DNA of 64,000 nt from Flavobacteriales bacterium (GCA_013214975.1 JABSPR010000020.1:1300-65299); one strand, 5' to 3'. Shown: positions 22,316 through 32,534, counted from the first letter of the stretch. Notes: generated by a model from the sequence alone, not told the origin. Program-made: numbers and translations.

Positions 22316-23143
22316 ATGAAACTAGACAGAGATACCCTTTTTCAGAGAATCAAGGAAAAGAAATCATTCCTATGTATTGGTCTTGATAGTGACTATGATA
22401 AAATTCCTGCGCACCTGCATAAATACGAAGATCCAATCTACGAATTCAATAAAAGCATCATTGATGCAACCAAAGATTTTTGTGTTGCCTACAAGCCTAA
22501 TTTGGCCTTTTATGAGAGCACAGGTGCAGCAGGGTGGAAGAGCCTTGAGAAGACCATGGCTTACATTCCTAAAGATATATTTACAATAGCCGATGCCAAA
22601 AGAGGTGATATTGGAAACACTTCCAATAAATATGCAAAGGCATTTTTTAAAAGATTAAGTTTCGACTCAGTTACCGTCAATCCTTATATGGGAGAGGATG
22701 CAATTAGTCCTTATTTAAAATATGACAATAAATGGGTGGTTATTTTAGCACTTACCTCTAATAATAGCGCGAAGGATTTTCAAACGATTGCTGTGGAAGG
22801 AGGAAAACAGTTGTATGAACGTGTTCTTGAGATTTCCCAAAAATGGGGACACTTAGATAATACCATGTACGTTGTTGGAGCAACCAAAGCAAGCGAATTA
22901 GAAAATATTCGAAAAATTGTACCTGATCACTTTTTATTAGTACCAGGAGTTGGCTCACAAGGCGGCGACTTACAGGAAGTTTCAAAGTATGGTTTAAACG
23001 ACAAATGTGGATTATTGGTAAACATGTCGAGGGGAGTTATCTTCGCTGGACAAGGAATGGAATTTGCAATAAAAGCAAAAGAAAAAGCACAAGAAGTTCA
23101 AAAAGAAATGGAGGCCATACTTACTGAACGTGGTCTAATATAA
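22316..23143 (+). CDS. pyrF: orotidine 5'-phosphate decarboxylase (long type 2 form)
   Basis: The 275-aa length and type-2 OMPdecase conservation ([10 protein letters not shown] and related motifs). Confidence 0.85.
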   Translation: MKLDRDTLFQRIKEKKSFLCIGLDSDYDKIPAHLHKYEDPIYEFNKSIIDATKDFCVAYKPNLAFYESTGAAGWKSLEKTMAYIPKDIFTIADAKRGDIGNTSNKYAKAFFKRLSFDSVTVNPYMGEDAISPYLKYDNKWVVILALTSNNSAKDFQTIAVEGGKQLYERVLEISQKWGHLDNTMYVVGATKASELENIRKIVPDHFLLVPGVGSQGGDLQEVSKYGLNDKCGLLVNMSRGVIFAGQGMEFAIKAKEKAQEVQKEMEAILTERGLI

Positions 23144-23176
23144 GCGCATAATACTCACCTTTCATGTCTCATCTCA

Positions 23177-24463
23177 ATGCACGAAGAATTCATTTATTAT
23201 CTATGGAAAAATCATTTCATAGATCGAAACTCACTAAAAACAAGTCAAAAGGAAGAAGTAATAATAATGTCTCCCGGAATAAGAAATGATGACGCCGGAC
23301 CCGATTTTTCCCATGCTAAAATTAAAATTGGCGGAACTGTTTGGGCAGGAAACATAGAGATTCATGTAAAAGCTTCAGATTGGCGGGCTCACAAACATCA
23401 TTTAAACGAGGCTTACGATAATGTAATTCTACATGTGGTTTACGATGCAGATAAAAAGATATTGCGAAGCAACGGAGGTGAAATTCCTACAATTGAAATC
23501 AAGAATAAATTCGATGAAAATTTATTCAAAAGCTTTCAAGCGCTAGAAAAAAGTAAAAAATGGATTCCTTGCCAAGACTTTGTTGCAAAGGTAAATCCGT
23601 TTATTGTAAACAATTGGCTCGAAAGGATGTTGGTTCATAGAATGGAGGATAAATCAAATTTGATTTTAGCCGACTTAGAACGAACAAAGAATAATTGGGA
23701 AGAAGTATTTTATGTACACTTGGCCAAAAACTTCGGATTTAAAGTAAACGCTTTGCCGTTTGAGCTTTTGGCTAAATCGGTTCCTCATAAATTTATTAGA
23801 GCCAACAGAAAAGAGACGTTTTTAATAGAAGCATGTTTATTTGGGCAGTCGGGATTTTTGGATGACTTTTTTACAGATGCATATCCAAACGATTTGATTA
23901 AGGAATACAGTCATTTGCAAAAGAAATACGATTTGCTTCCTCTTCAAAAATACTTGTGGAAATTTTCTCGGATGCGCCCAAATAATTTCCCCACAATAAG
24001 AATCTCTCAATTTGCTAATTTAATGTCGAAAGAAAAGGATCTTTTTAACACATTAATTTCGGAAGCCAGTGTTAAGAAAATCAGAAAAATATTTGACATA
24101 GAAGCATCTGCTTATTGGAGTGGGCATTTCACATTTGATAAAAAAGTGAAATGCGACAAGCCTAAAAGAATAGGCGAAAAATCAATCGATAATTTAATTA
24201 TCAATACCATCGCCCCATTTTTATTTGTGTACGGCATAAAAAAAGGAAATGATGAGTTTAAGGAAAGAGCGTTAGACCTCCTTCAGAACGTGGATGTAGA
24301 AAAAAATTCGATTGTAGATAAAATGAAAGGACTGGGTATGAGAGCGGAATCTGCATTCGATAGTCAGGCCCTGCTTCAACTTAAGAAAGCGTATTGCAGT
24401 GAGAAAAAATGCTTAGATTGCGCTATAGGCAATCAAATAATAAATCACATGGATCATGATTGA
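23177..24463 (+). CDS. DUF2851 family protein
   Basis: The conserved Bacteroidota DUF2851 N-terminus (EEFIYYLWKNHFID...PGIRNDDAGPDFSHAKIKIGGTVWAGNIEIHVKASDWRAHKHH). Confidence 0.7.
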   Translation: MHEEFIYYLWKNHFIDRNSLKTSQKEEVIIMSPGIRNDDAGPDFSHAKIKIGGTVWAGNIEIHVKASDWRAHKHHLNEAYDNVILHVVYDADKKILRSNGGEIPTIEIKNKFDENLFKSFQALEKSKKWIPCQDFVAKVNPFIVNNWLERMLVHRMEDKSNLILADLERTKNNWEEVFYVHLAKNFGFKVNALPFELLAKSVPHKFIRANRKETFLIEACLFGQSGFLDDFFTDAYPNDLIKEYSHLQKKYDLLPLQKYLWKFSRMRPNNFPTIRISQFANLMSKEKDLFNTLISEASVKKIRKIFDIEASAYWSGHFTFDKKVKCDKPKRIGEKSIDNLIINTIAPFLFVYGIKKGNDEFKERALDLLQNVDVEKNSIVDKMKGLGMRAESAFDSQALLQLKKAYCSEKKCLDCAIGNQIINHMDHD

Positions 24464-24677
24464 TAAGATTCAAGATATTTTTGAAAAAAGGGCGTTTGGA
24501 GTTTGTTCATGGATTGGTGACAGGCTTGGAATTGATTCGTCTAAAATTCGATTGTATTTTATCTACCTTTCATTTGTAACTTTGGGGTCTCCGTTAATTA
24601 TATATCTCGTTTTCGCCTTTTTGTTAGATCATAAAAGTTTCTTTGGCAGAAGACGCAGAACATTTTGGGATCTATAA
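24456..24677 (+). CDS. PspC-domain small membrane protein
   Basis: PspC N-terminal pattern (RAFGVCSWIGDRLGIDSSKIRLYFIYLSFVTLG) followed by a TM segment. Overlaps the DUF2851 stop by 8 nt. Confidence 0.6.
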   Translation: MIDKIQDIFEKRAFGVCSWIGDRLGIDSSKIRLYFIYLSFVTLGSPLIIYLVFAFLLDHKSFFGRRRRTFWDL

Positions 24678-24686
24678 GTAAATAGT

Positions 24687-25709
24687 ATGCATTGGAAATA
24701 TTTTGGTAAGTTATACATCGCCCTGCTTCTGCTTCTAAATATCATTGGTGTAGGTTGTATAGGCTATATGCTTATTGAAGAATACACATTTCTTGAGGCC
24801 ATTTACATGACCTTAATAACCGTGTCGAGTGTAGGGTTTAACGAAGTGCATTCACTTAGTGACAACGGAAGAATATTTACAATCTTTCTCATCTTAACCA
24901 GTTTTGGTACATTTGCCTTTGCTATTTCGTCTATTACACGATACATGCTTGATGGCGAGTTTAGAAAATATTTCGCCCAAAATAAATCGAAGAAAAAAAT
25001 GTCAAAACTTAATAACCATGTTATAGTATGCGGATTTGGTCGAAATGGCGGTCGTGCAATTCAAAGTTTAATAGTGCACAACCAATCTTTCGTTATTATA
25101 GAAAACGAACCAGAAAAAATTAAACGAGCTCAAGAAGAAGGCCATGAAAATATTATTAAAGGAGATTCTACCCGTGATAGTGTTTTACATGCTGCAAATA
25201 TTCAAAATGCCAAAGCTCTAATAACCACCTTTCCTAAGGATGCAGATAATCTATTTGTTGTATTAACAGCTAGGGAGATAAATCCTCGGTTAAATATAAT
25301 TAGTAGTGCAGCCGAGGATAATTCGGTTAGGAAATTGAAAATTGCTGGAGCAGATAACGTTATTATGCCAAGTAAAGTTGGTGGAGCTCATATGGCATCA
25401 TTAGTTCTTACTCCTGATATCGTTCAGTTTTTAGATCATATTTCTTTAGAAGGAGATGCAGAGGTAAATCTGGAAGAAATTTCGTTTAAAGAATTACCGG
25501 AAGACTTTGGATATAAAACATTGGGAGAAATTGAAACGAGGTTTAAAACGGGAACAAGTATAATTGGATTTAAATCGAGTGATGGCGAGTTTATCATCAA
25601 TCCAGGCGCGAGCACCGAATTGCTGCCCAATTCAAAAATGTTTGTACTTGGCAATCCAGATCAAATTAAGCAGTTGAATGACATCTTTGGATTGAAGAAG
25701 CATGTATGA
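24687..25709 (+). CDS. potassium-channel-like protein (2TM pore + RCK/TrkA-N domain) with atypical selectivity-filter sequence
   Basis: TM1, pore helix plus filter region (YMTLITVSSVGFNEV), TM2, then an RCK Rossmann motif (VIVCGFGRNGGRA). Confidence 0.75.
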   Translation: MHWKYFGKLYIALLLLLNIIGVGCIGYMLIEEYTFLEAIYMTLITVSSVGFNEVHSLSDNGRIFTIFLILTSFGTFAFAISSITRYMLDGEFRKYFAQNKSKKKMSKLNNHVIVCGFGRNGGRAIQSLIVHNQSFVIIENEPEKIKRAQEEGHENIIKGDSTRDSVLHAANIQNAKALITTFPKDADNLFVVLTAREINPRLNIISSAAEDNSVRKLKIAGADNVIMPSKVGGAHMASLVLTPDIVQFLDHISLEGDAEVNLEEISFKELPEDFGYKTLGEIETRFKTGTSIIGFKSSDGEFIINPGASTELLPNSKMFVLGNPDQIKQLNDIFGLKKHV

Positions 25710-25866
25710 CGATAAAATTTTAGGAGTTTGCGTTTGGTTGAGCAGAAAGTTCGACGTGAATGTAGGATATGTCAGAATCGCCTTCTTGGTTGCCGTAATA
25801 TGCGGGTTAGGTGTTCCTGTTCTAATTTACTTTGGGTTGGCTTTCTATAAATCTAAAATTGAATAA
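25702..25866 (+). CDS. second PspC-domain miniprotein (54 aa), not in the supplied ORF track
   Basis: Hand-translated as MYDDKILGVCVWLSRKFDVNVGYVRIAFLVAVICGLGVPVLIYFGLAFYKSKIE. It shares the G-V-C-x-W ... R-x-x-F-x-x-x-x-x-x-G PspC pattern with 24456..24677. Its start overlaps the channel gene stop by 8 nt. Confidence 0.5.
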   Translation: MYDDKILGVCVWLSRKFDVNVGYVRIAFLVAVICGLGVPVLIYFGLAFYKSKIE

Positions 25867-25867
25867 C

Positions 25868-26767
25868 TTGAAAGGAAAAATTCTAATAACAGGTTCAAAT
25901 GGCCTTTTAGGTCAAAAAATAATAAGTCAACTAAGTGCAGAAGGCGAGTTTGATTTCTTGGCCACCAGTAATGGTGCTAATAGAATGACGTCGATTCAAT
26001 TTAATTATAGCCCATTAGACATAACAAATGCAGCCGAAGTAAACAAGGTTATTGAAAGCTATAAGCCAACTGCAGTTATCAATACTGCCGCAATGACAAA
26101 TGTTGATCAGTGCGAAGATGATCGTGAAGGTGCGAAAAAACTAAATGTAATTGCAGTTCAAAACCTTATTGATGCATGCAAAAAGTGGGATTGTCATTTG
26201 GTTCACCTTTCAACCGATTTTGTATTTGATGGTGAAGATGGCCCATATAAGGAGGACGATATTCCTAATCCACTAAGCTATTATGCCCAAACGAAAAATG
26301 ACGCCGACAATCTCGTTAGGGAAAGCGGTTTAAAATGGGCTGTTGTAAGAACAATGTTGGTTTATGGCGTTGTTGAGGATATGAGCAGATCGAACGTGGT
26401 TTTATGGGCTAAAGGCGGTTTAGAAAAAGGCGATGCAATGAATGTGGTTGATGATCAGTTTCGGATGCCAACCCTCTCGGAAGATTTGGCGAAAGCATGT
26501 ATCGAAATTGTAAAGCGCGAATGCACTGGTTATTTTCATATTTCGGGGAAAGACATGATGAGTATTTTAGATTTGGTAAATCGGGTTGGTGCTCATTATA
26601 ATTTGAATACCGAAAATGTATCATGTATAACTTCAGAAAGTCTTAATCAATCGGCAAAAAGGCCGCCTAAAACTGGTTTTATCTTAGATAAAGCACGAAA
26701 GGAATTGGATTACAATCCTGTTTCTTTTGAGGAAGGACTTGACATTGTACTCAATCAACTTAAATAA
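25868..26767 (+). CDS. dTDP-4-dehydrorhamnose reductase family (RmlD-like) NAD(P)-dependent oxidoreductase
   Basis: KILITGSNGLLGQ Rossmann start, a YAQTK catalytic Tyr-x3-Lys and RmlD-like length. I place the start at the TTG at 25868, immediately after the PspC stop. The ORF-track ATG at 25832 would overlap the PspC miniprotein in another frame and add an atypical 12-aa extension. Confidence 0.65.
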   Translation: MKGKILITGSNGLLGQKIISQLSAEGEFDFLATSNGANRMTSIQFNYSPLDITNAAEVNKVIESYKPTAVINTAAMTNVDQCEDDREGAKKLNVIAVQNLIDACKKWDCHLVHLSTDFVFDGEDGPYKEDDIPNPLSYYAQTKNDADNLVRESGLKWAVVRTMLVYGVVEDMSRSNVVLWAKGGLEKGDAMNVVDDQFRMPTLSEDLAKACIEIVKRECTGYFHISGKDMMSILDLVNRVGAHYNLNTENVSCITSESLNQSAKRPPKTGFILDKARKELDYNPVSFEEGLDIVLNQLK

Positions 26768-26834
26768 GAAACAACTCTCTATATAGTTTCTTGAACAAGT
26801 CATATATTTGAACATCAAGAAATAACAAGCATTT

Positions 26835-28397
26835 ATGAAAGCAATTAAGTACCTTTTTTTATTCGCCTTTATTTTCAATACGAGTTTAGCCGTTGCAGAT
26901 GAGAAGGCAAATACAGTCGATACCACCTCTATAGATTACAGAATTAACAAAAGTATTACCCCTGTTTCTAATATTATTCAGAAATACGTTTTTTATCCGA
27001 TCTATACAATTGAGGGAGATAGTGAAGATGAGAAAATGGAAATTCCAATTGTCTTGGTGTGGCTAGTTCTAGGTGCACTATTTTTTACTTTCTATTTAAA
27101 ATTTATTAATATTTCGGGGTTTAAATTAGCCATAGACGTTGTTAAAGGGAAATATACTGACCCTAATGATAAAGGAGAAGTATCCCATTTTCAGGCGTTA
27201 ACAACAGCACTGTCGGCAACAGTTGGTTTAGGAAACATTGCAGGAGTTGCCATTGCTATTTCAATAGGTGGGCCGGGTGCTACATTTTGGATGATAATTG
27301 CAGGATTACTTGGTATGTCTTCAAAGTTCGTTGAATGTACCTTGGGAGTTAAGTATAGAACGATCAATGAAAATGGGGAAGTTTCAGGTGGTCCCATGTA
27401 TTATTTGAAAAAGGGATTTGCGCAGAAAGGTAAGAACTGGGGAAGAGCAGGATTATTATTAGGCGGGTTCTTCGCAGTAATGGGGATCGGTGGTTCTTTT
27501 GGTGGTGGAAATATGTTTCAGATTAATCAGGCCACCAAACAATTCGTTGATTTACCAATGATTCAAGGTACGTACCTAGCAGAAAACACTTGGCTTGTAG
27601 GGCTAATTATCTCCTTAATTGTTGGGGTTGTTATTATTGGTGGAATTAAAAGTATCGCTAAAGTAACAGACAAGATTGTTCCTTTTATGTGTGGTATATA
27701 CTGTTTAGCTGCATTGATAGTGTTAGGTGCATACTTTGAAGAAATCCCTTCTGCTATGGGGAAAATATTTAGTGGAGCATTTGGTAATGATGCGGTAATA
27801 GGTGGAGTAGTAGGAGTGATGATTCAGGGGTTTAGGCGTGCCGCTTTTTCAAACGAAGCTGGTATTGGTTCTGCTGCAATTGCTCACTCTGCGGTTAAAA
27901 CTAAAGAGCCAATTACTGAAGGGTTAGTGTCGTTACTCGAACCATTTATTGATACTGTAGTTGTTTGTACTATGACAGCTCTTGTTATTGTAATCACTGG
28001 AGTTTATGATGATCAATCAGGAATGGGAGGCATTGAAATGACATCAAGTGCATTCGAAAGTGTCTTCCCTTGGTTTAAAGGGGTGCTTACTATTGCAGTA
28101 GTACTGTTTGCCTTCTCTACGATGATTTCTTGGTCGTATTACGGAATGAAATGCGTTACCTTCTTATTCGGCGAATCGAAAATTGTGGAGTATTCATATA
28201 AGTTTGTCTTTTGTGTGGTAATCGTAATTGGTTCTTCAATGGAATTAGGTGCTGTGGTCGGTTTCTCAGATGCAATGATATTTTTAATGTGCGTTCCCAA
28301 TATATTTGGTATGTTAATTTTATCTCCAGGTATTAAAAATGACCTCTCTAGTTTTTTATCACGAATTAAATCGGGAGAGATAAAAACCTATAAATAA
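26835..28397 (+). CDS. alanine/glycine:cation symporter (AGCS family)
   Basis: The conserved AGCS core ([57 protein letters not shown]) is preceded by a signal-peptide-like N-terminal extension. Confidence 0.8.
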   Translation: MKAIKYLFLFAFIFNTSLAVADEKANTVDTTSIDYRINKSITPVSNIIQKYVFYPIYTIEGDSEDEKMEIPIVLVWLVLGALFFTFYLKFINISGFKLAIDVVKGKYTDPNDKGEVSHFQALTTALSATVGLGNIAGVAIAISIGGPGATFWMIIAGLLGMSSKFVECTLGVKYRTINENGEVSGGPMYYLKKGFAQKGKNWGRAGLLLGGFFAVMGIGGSFGGGNMFQINQATKQFVDLPMIQGTYLAENTWLVGLIISLIVGVVIIGGIKSIAKVTDKIVPFMCGIYCLAALIVLGAYFEEIPSAMGKIFSGAFGNDAVIGGVVGVMIQGFRRAAFSNEAGIGSAAIAHSAVKTKEPITEGLVSLLEPFIDTVVVCTMTALVIVITGVYDDQSGMGGIEMTSSAFESVFPWFKGVLTIAVVLFAFSTMISWSYYGMKCVTFLFGESKIVEYSYKFVFCVVIVIGSSMELGAVVGFSDAMIFLMCVPNIFGMLILSPGIKNDLSSFLSRIKSGEIKTYK

Positions 28398-28450
28398 CAT
28401 TCTTCGATCTCTCATCTCATATTTTTCATTTCACTAAACTCTCATCTCAC

Positions 28451-29338
28451 GTGTCGAATAAATTTCTTAAGGCGTATTTTTTCTATTCCGAAAGGGAAAA
28501 AAGCGGAATTCAAGTACTTCTATTTTTAATCGTATTCTTAATTGTTGTGCTGTACTTTAAGAGAGAGGCAGAACCGATTACGATTATAATTGATGAAGAT
28601 CAGAAAAAGCCTAAAGTAGAAGCAACGCTTGCTTCATATCAGGAAAAAGAGTCGAAGCCAGAAGTGAAAATGGTAGAGCTTTTTATGTTTGATCCGAATG
28701 GGTTATCTCTTGAAAACTGGCAGAAACTTGGCCTGTCGAAAAAGCAAGCTGCTGTTATTAAAAGATATGAAAGCAAAGGAGGGAAGTTTAGAAGTGAATT
28801 AGATGTGAAAAAAATGTATTGCATCTCAGATAAGAAATATGCTGAACTACTGCCTTATATCAATATCAAAGTAGAAAAAGAGAGAGCAAAATATGTCGAT
28901 AATACCAAACCAAAGTTTGTTAAAGAGAAAAAAACTCTTGAAATTTTCGAGATAAATTCTTGCGATACAAATCAATTACAGTCTCTCAGGGGGATTGGTC
29001 CCGTTTTGTCGAAACGAATAATAAAATACAGAGAGAGTTTGGGAGGATTTAGGAGCTTAGGCCAGCTCAACGAAATCTATGGTTTAGATTCAGGCTTAGT
29101 GAATAAAATATCATTACGCCTTCATGTTGATCTTGATAAAGTAGAAATGATTAAGATTGCCCAAACTGATATCAAGCGCTTATCTAAGCATCCATATATA
29201 AACTATAACCAATCAAGGGCGATTTATAACTATTTTCAAGCTCATTCGGAAATGGTCAATGTTATTGAGTTGAGCAACATCGTAATTATCGACAGCTTGG
29301 CATTTGAAAGAATGAAGCCATATATAAGCCTGAAGTGA
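28451..29338 (+). CDS. ComEA-like helix-hairpin-helix DNA-binding protein (membrane anchored, three tandem HhH modules)
   Basis: N-terminal TM helix, then repeated HhH motifs (LQSLRGIGPVLSKRIIKYRESLGGFRSLGQLNEIYGLD and related copies). Confidence 0.65.
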   Translation: MSNKFLKAYFFYSEREKSGIQVLLFLIVFLIVVLYFKREAEPITIIIDEDQKKPKVEATLASYQEKESKPEVKMVELFMFDPNGLSLENWQKLGLSKKQAAVIKRYESKGGKFRSELDVKKMYCISDKKYAELLPYINIKVEKERAKYVDNTKPKFVKEKKTLEIFEINSCDTNQLQSLRGIGPVLSKRIIKYRESLGGFRSLGQLNEIYGLDSGLVNKISLRLHVDLDKVEMIKIAQTDIKRLSKHPYINYNQSRAIYNYFQAHSEMVNVIELSNIVIIDSLAFERMKPYISLK

Positions 29339-29652
29339 ACTCTATTATGTAATTGTTCTTTAGGATTTTGGGTGGTAACAAAGCTGATATAAACACAAAT
29401 GTGATTCCCTGCTATATAGTAGAGAGGCTTGGTGTCCCGAAACTTCGGGAGGTTAGGGGGAGAGTCAATCCTTAGATAATCAACTAGTACCACAACAAAC
29501 AGCATCTTTCTACGTATGAATTTGTAGGAGCGTATAAGTGCGTAGGGACTAAAATTTTGGAGCTACTCTTCAAATGAATTCTCAATTCGGAAATTCCCAA
29601 TCAATAATCCACCAAGTATAATTTATACCGCTTACACTTAAAATAAATTATT

Positions 29653-30111
29653 ATGATGAATTCAGATATAGAAATGTTGAGTCTTATTGTTAAAAGGAGA
29701 ATTGCAGAAACTTCACTTTACTTAGATTCGATTCAAAGAAATGCAACAATGATTTTGAAGAGTCAAAAGGGCATACACAACAAAATGCGCAATACAAGTA
29801 GAAAGAACATTAGTTCAAACATTAACCAAGCAATGGGAAGTCTTTCTAACTATGGGAAAACAAACATATTGATTAAGCGTGTTCACCAAATAATGCAAAC
29901 ATGCACTTATTGGAAAACGATTCAGAAATTTTTGCCAATAATTATTATCGACAAGCCTGTAATAAATTCAACACCTTTGGAAGTTACATCTATTGCTCCG
30001 ATGAGTCAGGAAGTGAGACTTTTAGGAATGCTGCAAAAAGGGCTGAAAAGAATAGGAGAACATTCTCTATCTCATTTTGTTGAAAATGAATTATTGATAG
30101 TCAAATCTTAA
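29653..30111 (+). CDS. hypothetical protein (weakly supported ORF)
   Basis: An open frame only, with no recognisable domain, motif or TM segment. It lies within an otherwise unannotated ~820-bp interval. Confidence 0.25.
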   Translation: MMNSDIEMLSLIVKRRIAETSLYLDSIQRNATMILKSQKGIHNKMRNTSRKNISSNINQAMGSLSNYGKTNILIKRVHQIMQTCTYWKTIQKFLPIIIIDKPVINSTPLEVTSIAPMSQEVRLLGMLQKGLKRIGEHSLSHFVENELLIVKS

Positions 30112-30164
30112 TAGTAACTTTCTCCGAATTAAGCAGTAAGTATCTACAACATTCAATCCGTAAA

Positions 30165-31307
30165 ATGAACTTCGAACTTTCAGAAAACCAACTCATGGTT
30201 GCCGACATGATTAGAAAATTTGGCAACAAACATATCCGTCCTAATATTATGAAATGGGATGAAGCACAAGAATTTCCTATTCCATTATTTAAAGAGTTAG
30301 GAAAGCTAGGCTTAATGGGCGTGGTATTACCCGAAGAATATGGTGGATCAGGATTCAATTACAAAGAATATGTAACCGTTGTTTCCGAAGTATCTAAAAT
30401 TTGTGGATCTATAGGATTGTCATTAGCAGCCCATAATTCTTTGTGTTCAGGTCATATTTATCAATTCGGAAATGATGAGCAAAAGAAACGCTGGCTTCCT
30501 AAGTTGGCAAGTGCCGAATGGATTGGTGCATGGGGTTTAACCGAGCCATCATCAGGTTCCGATGCTGGTGGAATGATCTCGAAAGCAGTTAAGGATGGAG
30601 ATCATTGGGTGCTTAATGGAACTAAGACATTTATCACTCACGGTATTTCATCCGACATTGCGGTTGTTATTATGCGTACGGGAGAAAAAGGAGATTCTCA
30701 TGCTATGACGGCTTTTGTAGTTGAAAGAGGAACTGAAGGCTTTGCAGGTGGGAAAAAATTGGATAAGCTTGGTATGAGGGCTTCGGAAACTTCTGAAATG
30801 ATTTTCACCGATTGTAGAATTCATAAGGACAGCGTGATTGGTGAAGTAGGCGAAGGATTCATTCAGGCATTAAAATTACTTGAAGGAGGCAGGATTTCAA
30901 TTGCTGCCCTAGGATTGGGCATTGCAAAGGGTGCATACGAGGCTGCGGTTAAATATTCAAAAGAACGTGAGCAATTTGGTAAACCAATATCTGCTTTTCA
31001 AGGCATATCGTTTAAATTGGCCGAAATGTCGATGGAAGTCGAAGCTGCCGAACTATTAGTATATCGGGCTGCAGATTTAAAAGATAGGGGACAAATAGTG
31101 ATTAAAGAATCAGCAATTGCTAAATGCTATTGTGGTACAGCGGCAGTAAATGTATCCAACGAAGCTGTTCAGATATTTGGAGGATATGGCTATACAAAGG
31201 AGTTTCCTGTAGAAAAGTTTTACCGAGATTCTAAATTGTGTACAATAGGAGAAGGAACGACAGAAATACAAAAAATGGTAATTGCTAAACAAATATTAAA
31301 GGACTAG
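30165..31307 (+). CDS. acyl-CoA dehydrogenase
   Basis: Full-length ACAD conservation (GAWGLTEPSSGSDAGGM and the C-terminal catalytic region YGGYGYTKEFPVEKFYRDSKLCTIGEGTTEIQ). Confidence 0.85.
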   Translation: MNFELSENQLMVADMIRKFGNKHIRPNIMKWDEAQEFPIPLFKELGKLGLMGVVLPEEYGGSGFNYKEYVTVVSEVSKICGSIGLSLAAHNSLCSGHIYQFGNDEQKKRWLPKLASAEWIGAWGLTEPSSGSDAGGMISKAVKDGDHWVLNGTKTFITHGISSDIAVVIMRTGEKGDSHAMTAFVVERGTEGFAGGKKLDKLGMRASETSEMIFTDCRIHKDSVIGEVGEGFIQALKLLEGGRISIAALGLGIAKGAYEAAVKYSKEREQFGKPISAFQGISFKLAEMSMEVEAAELLVYRAADLKDRGQIVIKESAIAKCYCGTAAVNVSNEAVQIFGGYGYTKEFPVEKFYRDSKLCTIGEGTTEIQKMVIAKQILKD

Positions 31308-31356
31308 TAGAAAGTCTTGAAAAAATATTACATTTGCGCCACTCAAAAAACGAGAT

Positions 31357-31548
31357 ATGTTAATTATACCAGTAAAAGAAGGAGAACCAGTAGAAAGAGC
31401 CTTAAAGAGATTTAAGAAGAAATTCGAGAAGACTGGAGTGATGAAACAAGTGCGAGAGCGCAAGCAATTCACAAAAAAGTCTGTAATCATAAGAAAGCAA
31501 AGAGCTAAAGCAGCATACGTACAGCAATTGAGACAAAACGAGGAATAG
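31357..31548 (+). CDS. rpsU: 30S ribosomal protein S21
   Basis: The 63-aa basic protein (VKEGEPVERALKRFKKKFEKTGV...) matches S21. Confidence 0.9.
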   Translation: MLIIPVKEGEPVERALKRFKKKFEKTGVMKQVRERKQFTKKSVIIRKQRAKAAYVQQLRQNEE

Positions 31549-31582
31549 CGTACTTTAGTAAAAGTATTCCTTATTTTGTTAT

Positions 31583-32464
31583 ATGCATCAAGAAAAGTTC
31601 CTTGAGTACCTAAGAGTAGAGAAGCGTTATTCTGAACGCACTTTGGTTTCGTATGGAACCGACCTACGACAGTTTAAAGTATATCTAAAAGATTTCTTCG
31701 AAACGGAAGAAATCACCGACGTTAATCACATGATGATTCGCAGTTGGATTGTTGAACTCATAGAAAATGAGATTTCAACAAAAAGCGTAAATCGCAAAAT
31801 CGCGACGTTAAACACTTACTATAAGTTTTTATTAAAAGAGCAAAAAATTGAGTTGAATCCGATGCTCAAGATAATTGCACCAAAAATGTCGAAACGGTTG
31901 CCTGTTTTTGTAGAAGAAAAGGCAATGGAAGAGCTATTTGAAGAAATGGAGTTTGCTGACGACTTTAATGGGGTTTTGGATAAGTTGGTTTTAGAATTAT
32001 TTTATGCAACAGGAATTAGGCTTTCAGAACTTATAAACATAAAAAGAATAAATGTTGATCAGGCTAACTCATCGATTAAAGTATTAGGAAAAAGAAATAA
32101 GGAAAGAATCATCCCGATTAACAAATTATTGCTCGAATCGATCCGGGATTTTGAATTAAAAAAAGGGGAAATAGAAATAATTGACCCTGAATATTTATTT
32201 GTTGACGCTTTAGGAAAAAAATTATACGAAAAAAAAGTCTATAGAATTGTTACAAAATACCTTAATATGGTGACTACATTGTCAAAGAAAAGTCCACATG
32301 TTTTAAGGCATACATTTGCAACACACATGTTAAATAATGGCGCTGATATAAACGCAATCAAGGAGTTACTTGGTCATGCAAATTTAGCCGCAACGCAAGT
32401 ATATGCGAGTAATTCTATAGAACGTTTAAAGAATGTACACAAGCAAGCACATCCAAGGGGATGA
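31583..32464 (+). CDS. tyrosine site-specific recombinase (XerC/XerD-like, the conserved Bacteroidota copy adjacent to rpsU)
   Basis: N-terminal SAM-like core-binding domain. The catalytic C-terminus has HVLRHTFATHMLNNGADINAIKELLGHANLAATQVY (R..H..R..Y). Confidence 0.8.
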   Translation: MHQEKFLEYLRVEKRYSERTLVSYGTDLRQFKVYLKDFFETEEITDVNHMMIRSWIVELIENEISTKSVNRKIATLNTYYKFLLKEQKIELNPMLKIIAPKMSKRLPVFVEEKAMEELFEEMEFADDFNGVLDKLVLELFYATGIRLSELINIKRINVDQANSSIKVLGKRNKERIIPINKLLLESIRDFELKKGEIEIIDPEYLFVDALGKKLYEKKVYRIVTKYLNMVTTLSKKSPHVLRHTFATHMLNNGADINAIKELLGHANLAATQVYASNSIERLKNVHKQAHPRG

Positions 32465-32503
32465 AATTATTTTCATGATCTGTCTCAAATTAATTTCATA
32501 TGC

Positions 32504-32534
32504 TTTGGTTATATATAAATCTTTATTACATTTG
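32504..32534 (+). promoter_or_regulatory. Bacteroidota sigma-A-type promoter (TTTG-N19-TACATTTG) for the tRNA-tuf transcription unit
   Basis: Exact -33 TTTG, a 19-nt spacer and an exact TAnnTTTG -7 box about 50 nt upstream of the first tRNA. Confidence 0.45.

Noticed and set aside
25832-25867. ATG start at 25832 for the RmlD-like gene
   Set aside because: It overlaps the newly found PspC miniprotein in another frame and adds a 12-aa extension atypical for RmlD. The TTG at 25868 gives the canonical MKGKILITG-type start. Kept as a lower-probability alternative.
31583-32464. Tyrosine recombinase as a marker of an integrated mobile element next to the tRNA cluster
   Set aside because: This is the conserved housekeeping XerC/D-like gene found immediately after rpsU in Bacteroidota. 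No attL/attR-like repeats, no phage or transfer genes, and the flanking genes are core translation genes.
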